Source of the DNA: a virus
DNA: 64,000 bases
IMG/VR virus record: IMGVR_UViG_3300025892_000009
Reading direction: 5' to 3' (one strand)
In this document: positions 58,962 through 64,000 of the stretch, piece after piece
Numbering within the stretch: the stretch's first letter is position 1
How the letters are laid out: each line of letters begins with the position of its first letter
The notes under the pieces: generated by a model
The model's input: only the letters and a program-made list of their open reading frames with translations
Told to the model about the DNA's origin: nothing
The model's database searches: none
Made by a program: the position numbers and the translations under genes

Positions 58962-59316
58962 TTTTAGGGCGGTTGAGTGTTTTGTATTGCTCTAGGACTT
59001 GTTGATATCCTGTAAGCACATTAGCATGCGGTTCTGACATTGACACTACAGACAACAGTGTAACAATGTTACGACCTGTTGATAGAGGTGCCCAAGGAAA
59101 GAATTCTAGTTTCATATCTTTAAGAGATTCCAATGAAGAACTAGATTCCTCATTCTCTTCTACCAAAAACATATCTCCAACGGGTCTCTGAATCATAACA
59201 CTGAATGAATCTTCAAATTCATATGCAAGTGCAACTGAAGACTGAGCATTCTCCCGAATTTCTTTCACATTAGCAATTACGTCTTCCCCGTTTTGCATTC
59301 TTGCGATTTTGATCAT
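58888..59316 (-). CDS. Conserved hypothetical protein
   Basis: IARMQNGEDVIA..FFPWAPLS motif. Confidence 0.7.
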   Translation of the reverse strand: MIKIARMQNGEDVIANVKEIRENAQSSVALAYEFEDSFSVMIQRPVGDMFLVEENEESSSSLESLKDMKLEFFPWAPLSTGRNIVTLLSVVSMSEPHANVLTGYQQVLEQYKTLNRPKNDAEIDYSQTPPTDLLVGETNGDG

Positions 59317-59521
59317 AACTTTTCTCCATTAAATTTTCAAAAGTAAACTTCACCATGTCCACAAAGGCACGGCGGGATGTAACATTTCTTTCATCCGCAA
59401 TGACATTAACCATCCTCATAAACTCATCCATATATTCAGGAGGAAGATCTACGGTAAGAGTCTCAGGTTTATCTGTATATGGTGGACACAAATTCACGTA
59501 ATGATTCATAGTATTCTCCAA
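59270..59521 (-). CDS. Hypothetical protein
   Basis: GGAG Shine-Dalgarno; tiled ORF. Confidence 0.6.
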   Translation of the reverse strand: MENTMNHYVNLCPPYTDKPETLTVDLPPEYMDEFMRMVNVIADERNVTSRRAFVDMVKFTFENLMEKSYDQNRKNAKRGRRNC

Positions 59522-59569
59522 ATAAAAAGAGACCCTAGGGTCTCTTTAGTTGTACATTATATAGGTTGA

Positions 59570-59791
59570 TTAGTAGTCCATGTTTCCACCATAACTGATA
59601 CAGGTCTTTTTGTTTTCTGCTGATGATCTACACCACTGTCTAACATAAGAATTTGCATCCATATTCATTGAATAGTGAGCATAGTTATGTAATCCTCCGA
59701 TTACAATCAGCGTTCCAATCGTGATCAGATTATAGTGTGTCGCTGGATGGCACATCATCACTTTCAGGTAGTTGAGAATTTTGGATTTCAT
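59570..59791 (-). CDS. Small membrane protein
   Basis: Transmembrane helix followed by C..S....C motif. Confidence 0.6.
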   Translation of the reverse strand: MKSKILNYLKVMMCHPATHYNLITIGTLIVIGGLHNYAHYSMNMDANSYVRQWCRSSAENKKTCISYGGNMDY

Positions 59792-60224
59792 AAACCTTTA
59801 ACTGCTGGTGCTCAGGGATGATCTTCCGTAATTCTACCACAAGTAATCCATTATTAAAACTGACTGTGCCAATTTCTACATCATCTGAAAGGTTAAACCC
59901 TCTAGCAAAAGTGCGAGTGGAGATACCTCTGTGTACATATTCCTCCTCACCTTTATTCTTTGGTGCAATCGATCTGATTAAAAGAACATTACTCTCTGTA
60001 GTAACTTCAATTTGATCCTGTGCCCACCCTGCCAGTGCTAATTCAATTCTCCATTTAACATTAGATTCTTGAACAATATTATATGGAGGGTATGCTTCAT
60101 TAACACTTCCCATCCCGTAGGAATGTAGTCTGTAAAACAGATCATCAAATCCTACTGAGTATTTTTCTGCAGCATCTACCACTGCATTAAGATCTTTCGT
60201 CGTGAACTTTCTAAGTCCCGTCAT
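59730..60224 (-). CDS. hsp20: Small heat shock protein (Hsp20/IbpA-like)
   Basis: YPPYNI..IELALAG..YVHRGIS.R.F...F.L..F.NGLL. Confidence 0.95.
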   Translation of the reverse strand: MTGLRKFTTKDLNAVVDAAEKYSVGFDDLFYRLHSYGMGSVNEAYPPYNIVQESNVKWRIELALAGWAQDQIEVTTESNVLLIRSIAPKNKGEEEYVHRGISTRTFARGFNLSDDVEIGTVSFNNGLLVVELRKIIPEHQQLKVYEIQNSQLPESDDVPSSDTL

Positions 60225-60232
60225 TTATTATG

Positions 60233-60289
60233 CTCCTAATTAAAGCGAGTTTGTTTGTGTGGTCCCCGAAGGCAACCGAAAATATTTAG
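60233..60289 (-). promoter_or_regulatory. hsp20 leader: late-like promoter, UUCG hairpin and ROSE-like Shine-Dalgarno hairpin
   Basis: CTAAATA; GGTTGCC-TTCG-GGGACC; CTCGCT-TTAATT-AGGAG with a bulged G. Confidence 0.55.
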
Positions 60290-60372
60290 CAAGTTTGTAT
60301 CACATTGGACGTTCGGTTATCCCCAAATGAGGACCATGCCTAAATAGGAACAGACACCCTCACAAGACAAGA

Positions 60373-60867
60373 ATGAAAAAATTCATCCCTGTCGTTATGC
60401 TACTGATGACCGCCTCTGCTGCTCAAGCAGGTGGACTTGTATCAAAACAATCTTCTAGTGTTCAACTGACTGTTGATGCTGCTAGATCAACTGCCGTAAG
60501 AGTGGGCAATTCTTATAGTATTTCAGGCAGTGGTATCAATACTACGGATGGCAGCACATCAGGAGCTATCTCTGCTGGCACTATTACTAGTGGCATCTAT
60601 TCTCCTGGAACTATCTCAGCAACACAGGCAACAGACGGAAATGCTTTTACATATAGCACCTCCTTTACTCAAGGTGATGCGATCCCAACTGCTGCTGCCA
60701 CTACAGGTGATATTCCTAACTTCAGTAATGTAACTTCTTACACTGCTGGTGTTGCTGGATCATTAGCAGGAACTGTAGCAACTTCGGGTGCTCTTACTGT
60801 GACGGCTGGTGGTGCTGGCACTACAGCAACAGGACAATTTGTAAGTGAGATCACTGTAATTGACTGA
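60373..60867 (+). CDS. Secreted Ser/Thr/Gly-rich beta-strand protein
   Basis: Signal peptide MKKFIPVVMLLMTASAAQA. Confidence 0.75.
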   Translation: MKKFIPVVMLLMTASAAQAGGLVSKQSSSVQLTVDAARSTAVRVGNSYSISGSGINTTDGSTSGAISAGTITSGIYSPGTISATQATDGNAFTYSTSFTQGDAIPTAAATTGDIPNFSNVTSYTAGVAGSLAGTVATSGALTVTAGGAGTTATGQFVSEITVID

Positions 60868-60878
60868 GGATAATAACG

Positions 60879-61313
60879 ATGAATATCATTCGTTGGTCTG
60901 TCCTAAGTGTGGTGGGTGCAAGTGTCACACTTGCTCCTGCCCTGGCGGTCCCTGTGGTCCCAAATTTCACCCAGGGATCAATGACCTCCAGAACAGAGAC
61001 GACACAAAAGATAACTGAGACAATAAATAGCATGGACTATAACACTGGATACCAGTATTCTGCTACTGGCACTGGTGTAACAGCATCTGGCAACCTCTCA
61101 CCAGGAACAGGTGCTACTAATGTAACTATTAATGGAGTGACTTCATCATGGACTGGAGTAACAAGCAAACCTCAATTCACACAAACAGTGCCAGGAGCAG
61201 CGTTTCAGTTCACAGAAACTTATCGAGGACCTGGTTTAAGCAACCAAACGATTATCCAAAGAGTGACCGAGGTGGAAAGCGCCACAGACACCACAAGTAT
61301 CTTCTCCCAATAA
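60879..61313 (+). CDS. Secreted Thr/Gly-rich protein
   Basis: Signal peptide ending in PALA; VPVVPNF motif. Confidence 0.75.
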   Translation: MNIIRWSVLSVVGASVTLAPALAVPVVPNFTQGSMTSRTETTQKITETINSMDYNTGYQYSATGTGVTASGNLSPGTGATNVTINGVTSSWTGVTSKPQFTQTVPGAAFQFTETYRGPGLSNQTIIQRVTEVESATDTTSIFSQ

Positions 61314-62074
61314 CTCTATGTCTAACATCAATTGCGACTGCCCCTGCCACTCTGGCGGAGACTGTAGGGGGTGTAAGTGCAACAGCAAATCCAGTAGCTA
61401 ATAGCTCAGGCTCAGTTACGAACCAAGCCATTCAGGTTTTACAAGGACCATACATCACCAACACATATGGTGGAGGGATCCAATGTCAAGGTCCCACTCG
61501 CAATTTCACACCCTATGTAACAGGTAGTGTCTCTGCTTCTAAACCATATGAACCTTACTATATGGATCCTGTTTACGATGTCACCGATAACTTTGGTGCC
61601 TTTGATGGTGATGGAGAGCCCGTAGGCGATGGCATCTTAGATAATCCTGGTGATGTAAGTTTCTTTAAACGAACTAGGACAGGACAGAAGGATAACTATA
61701 GTTTAGGTGTAGGTTTCTCTATGACGTGGAGCACACCTACAGATAAAAACTTACAAGATCTATGTAAGAGAGCAGCAACAACACAGATTGAATTGAACAG
61801 TCAAATTGTTGCCAATAAAAGATTGGACTTTGAAATTGCTCGTCTTAAAAATTGTGGTGAGTTAAAATTAAAAGGAATTCAATTCCACCCCAAGAGTCCT
61901 TACTATAAAGTGTGTGCTGATGTTGTGGTAAACAATCCACCAGGACATAAGCATCCACACTACCATGAGATTCCTAGCGTTTCTTCTTCCGTCTCGGAAA
62001 CACAGAACGCAATGCCTTCACTGCATGATTCATCTGACGCTGCTCTGCTCGGCGCTCCCCTGACGACAAGATAG
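61148..62074 (+). CDS. Secreted protein with Cys pairs (start uncertain)
   Basis: Internal signal-peptide-like KRHRHHKYLLPITLCLTSIATAPATLA; ATANPVANSSGSVTNQAIQ; C..LKLKGI.F.P.SPY..VC. Confidence 0.65.
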   Translation: MDWSNKQTSIHTNSARSSVSVHRNLSRTWFKQPNDYPKSDRGGKRHRHHKYLLPITLCLTSIATAPATLAETVGGVSATANPVANSSGSVTNQAIQVLQGPYITNTYGGGIQCQGPTRNFTPYVTGSVSASKPYEPYYMDPVYDVTDNFGAFDGDGEPVGDGILDNPGDVSFFKRTRTGQKDNYSLGVGFSMTWSTPTDKNLQDLCKRAATTQIELNSQIVANKRLDFEIARLKNCGELKLKGIQFHPKSPYYKVCADVVVNNPPGHKHPHYHEIPSVSSSVSETQNAMPSLHDSSDAALLGAPLTTR

Positions 62075-62786
62075 GAGGTTTCTTACCACGTAAGGTAGCA
62101 ATCTTTTTCATAACTTTCTTAACCGCTGGTTTGACTGCTTTCAATAGTAGATCTGCCAGCGGTTTTGCTAGTAGTGCTGATGATGTAGCGATGACAGCAA
62201 TACCACCCACTTGTACTATCTGACCACCACTAGGTAGACCAGCAAGTATTTGTGTCGGAAGTCCTACTGATTCTGTTATCTGAACACATGTCTTATCAAT
62301 GAGTTCGTAATCAATAACTCTCTTTCTAAAACCTTCTACTAATGTTCCTACAGGTTCTTGTGCTTCTTGCACTGGTGTAGGACATTCTACGACAGCACTA
62401 ACAACAGGTTGTTTTGTTTGTGGTGGTTTAACTTCAGGTGGTGTTGGTGTATCTGGTGATCTAGTATCCACTTTTGGTGGACCAGTCATAATCATCTGGT
62501 TTGGTTCAAAAGAAAGAGGATTAAAATTGGGAACACCAGAATCGCAGTACGTAACCAAACCATTAGAATCATCCTCTCTCAATTGATTATTTTTAGCACT
62601 ATTAGTTTCAGTTGCCTCAACACATCCTGGTATATTAACCACAGGCACACCAATGTTTACAACTACTGGAGCTGCTAATGGTAAAGAGGTTGAAGTGTTA
62701 TTAAAGTCATAGGTGGGTATAGTATTGATTTGAATATCATTAATACTAATATCACCACCTGTAATCAAAGGTATGTCCATCAGCAA
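61974..62786 (-). CDS. Pro-rich protein with C-terminal transmembrane helix and basic tail
   Basis: IGVPVVNIPGCV..YCD; C-terminal hydrophobic segment and RRKKKR. Confidence 0.7.
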   Translation of the reverse strand: MLMDIPLITGGDISINDIQINTIPTYDFNNTSTSLPLAAPVVVNIGVPVVNIPGCVEATETNSAKNNQLREDDSNGLVTYCDSGVPNFNPLSFEPNQMIMTGPPKVDTRSPDTPTPPEVKPPQTKQPVVSAVVECPTPVQEAQEPVGTLVEGFRKRVIDYELIDKTCVQITESVGLPTQILAGLPSGGQIVQVGGIAVIATSSALLAKPLADLLLKAVKPAVKKVMKKIATLRGKKPPILSSGERRAEQRQMNHAVKALRSVFPRRKKKR

Positions 62787-63352
62787 TCATTAAATACACT
62801 TCCGACTGTAGATCCAAGACTGGACCCTGCTTTTTGTCCTAGCAACAATGCCCATCCACCTGCCAACCAACCCACGTAGGGGATGCCAACAACAGCAGGG
62901 ACAGCAACTCCAGCAGCAATAGCACTACCTGCCATCGCACCTTGTGACCGTGCTCCAGCGTCCGCCACGAGACACTCTGCTTCTTTTGCAGTTAACTTTC
63001 CCTCATCATCTGTTGCACCTCCCAGATTTCTGGTGCCTTCACGGGTGAATTGATCACGACGCCATTCGTTTCTGATTTCAGATCCACCACCAAAGAATCC
63101 ACGCTTCTCTTTATCAACATCTAGAGTCCTTTCGGACTCCAAAATCTTAGGATCGTCAGCACGGAATTCAATTTCATAACCATCCTTACCTGCCTTAATC
63201 CTATAAGAAGAATAAGGACCACGAGGAAGATTGAATGTAGGAGGTTGAATCACAGGTTCAGGTTCCTGCCTGAAAACATATCCAAGCAAACCTATATGTG
63301 CTACAACAATTACCCCACCAACTGAAGCGGCGGCGATCTTAAGTTTATTCAT
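62780..63352 (-). CDS. Membrane protein with C-terminal glycine-zipper-like region
   Basis: N-terminal transmembrane helix; GAMAGSAIAAG..VGWLAGGW..GSSLGSTVG. Confidence 0.7.
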   Translation of the reverse strand: MNKLKIAAASVGGVIVVAHIGLLGYVFRQEPEPVIQPPTFNLPRGPYSSYRIKAGKDGYEIEFRADDPKILESERTLDVDKEKRGFFGGGSEIRNEWRRDQFTREGTRNLGGATDDEGKLTAKEAECLVADAGARSQGAMAGSAIAAGVAVPAVVGIPYVGWLAGGWALLLGQKAGSSLGSTVGSVFNDC

Positions 63353-63354
63353 GG

Positions 63355-63594
63355 TTAGAATGGCATGACAGGACTAGATACGGCAGGACCAGTTACCTCA
63401 GGGACTCCTGGAATAGCAGCATCTACCATTCCTGGTAGTGCTTCTGTAATTGCTTCTGTGATAGCAGCAGTTACTCTCTCCCTTGATTGCTCAATTAATG
63501 TATCCTTTTGAACGTAAAGATAAGCACCACCCCCTAAGACAGCTAAAGAAACTAGACCAGACAATAACGCGACACCATTAATCAATTTTTGCAT
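63355..63594 (-). CDS. Single-pass membrane protein
   Basis: N-terminal transmembrane helix; Pro-rich tail. Confidence 0.7.
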   Translation of the reverse strand: MQKLINGVALLSGLVSLAVLGGGAYLYVQKDTLIEQSRERVTAAITEAITEALPGMVDAAIPGVPEVTGPAVSSPVMPF

Positions 63595-63874
63595 CTTTCT
63601 TCTCCAGTGTAGGTGCTTGCTTTGATTCGTCCTTCTTCTTAGAAGGCATGACCCCGAACGTAGCTAGCGTTCCTGTGAAGACGCTGGCAATAAAAGTTGG
63701 ATCGATATTTTTCTGAGGAATACCAGGAACAGTTACATAGTTAAGAGTCAGAATTGCTGCTGACCAACCAAGAATAACAACTCGGACGAGAGTCGATACA
63801 CCCTCATCCGCCCACTCAAATTTATTTTCCTTTTTTGATTCCTGCTTCTCTTGAGACTCAGGAGTTTGTGCCAT
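63578..63874 (-). CDS. Two-transmembrane-helix small protein
   Basis: VRVVILGWSAAILT..DPTFIASVFTGTLATFG. Confidence 0.7.
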   Translation of the reverse strand: MAQTPESQEKQESKKENKFEWADEGVSTLVRVVILGWSAAILTLNYVTVPGIPQKNIDPTFIASVFTGTLATFGVMPSKKKDESKQAPTLEKKDAKID

Positions 63875-64000
63875 TTCAGACCTCTACAGATTGTTTCTTC
63901 TTCCCAATATTATACTTAGACTCAAGTGTCCATTCACTTTTGTCTTTAAAAGACAAAACTTTAATTTGGTTAAGAGGTGCTAGGTCTTCGGCTTGCTCTT

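Overview
This 64-kb window comes from a T4-like (myovirus) cyanophage, most likely a marine Synechococcus phage (psbA plus psbD, AT-rich, tRNA-Arg(UCU)). Almost all genes are on the minus strand. From left to right it holds: a baseplate/tail module (gp5 N-terminus, hub and tape-measure-like giants, gp51, gp26, tail-tube-like, gp2, gp4, gp48, gp53); an accessory island (purS, HNH endonuclease); gp32, gp33, an exonuclease, phoH, thyX, rnh and nrdC; an auxiliary metabolic gene region (cpeT, cp12, talC, purC, purM, psbD, psbA, flavin halogenase, two hli, peroxiredoxin, 2OG-Fe(II) oxygenases); nrdB/nrdA, primase and putative head-internal proteins; mazG, gp41, uvsX, gp43 and hsp20; and a convergent cluster of secreted and membrane proteins. 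The most interesting signals are non-coding. They are a tandem/nested glutamine-riboswitch-like element with a 54-codon ORF inside its stem, upstream of a DUF4278-type gene; a ROSE-like RNA thermometer on hsp20; an HLR1 (RpaB)-like box on hli; a shared promoter-hairpin leader on purC and purM; a structured gene 32 leader; and PhotoRC-II- and wcaG-like RNAs. All family and Rfam assignments come from motif recognition only; no searches were run.
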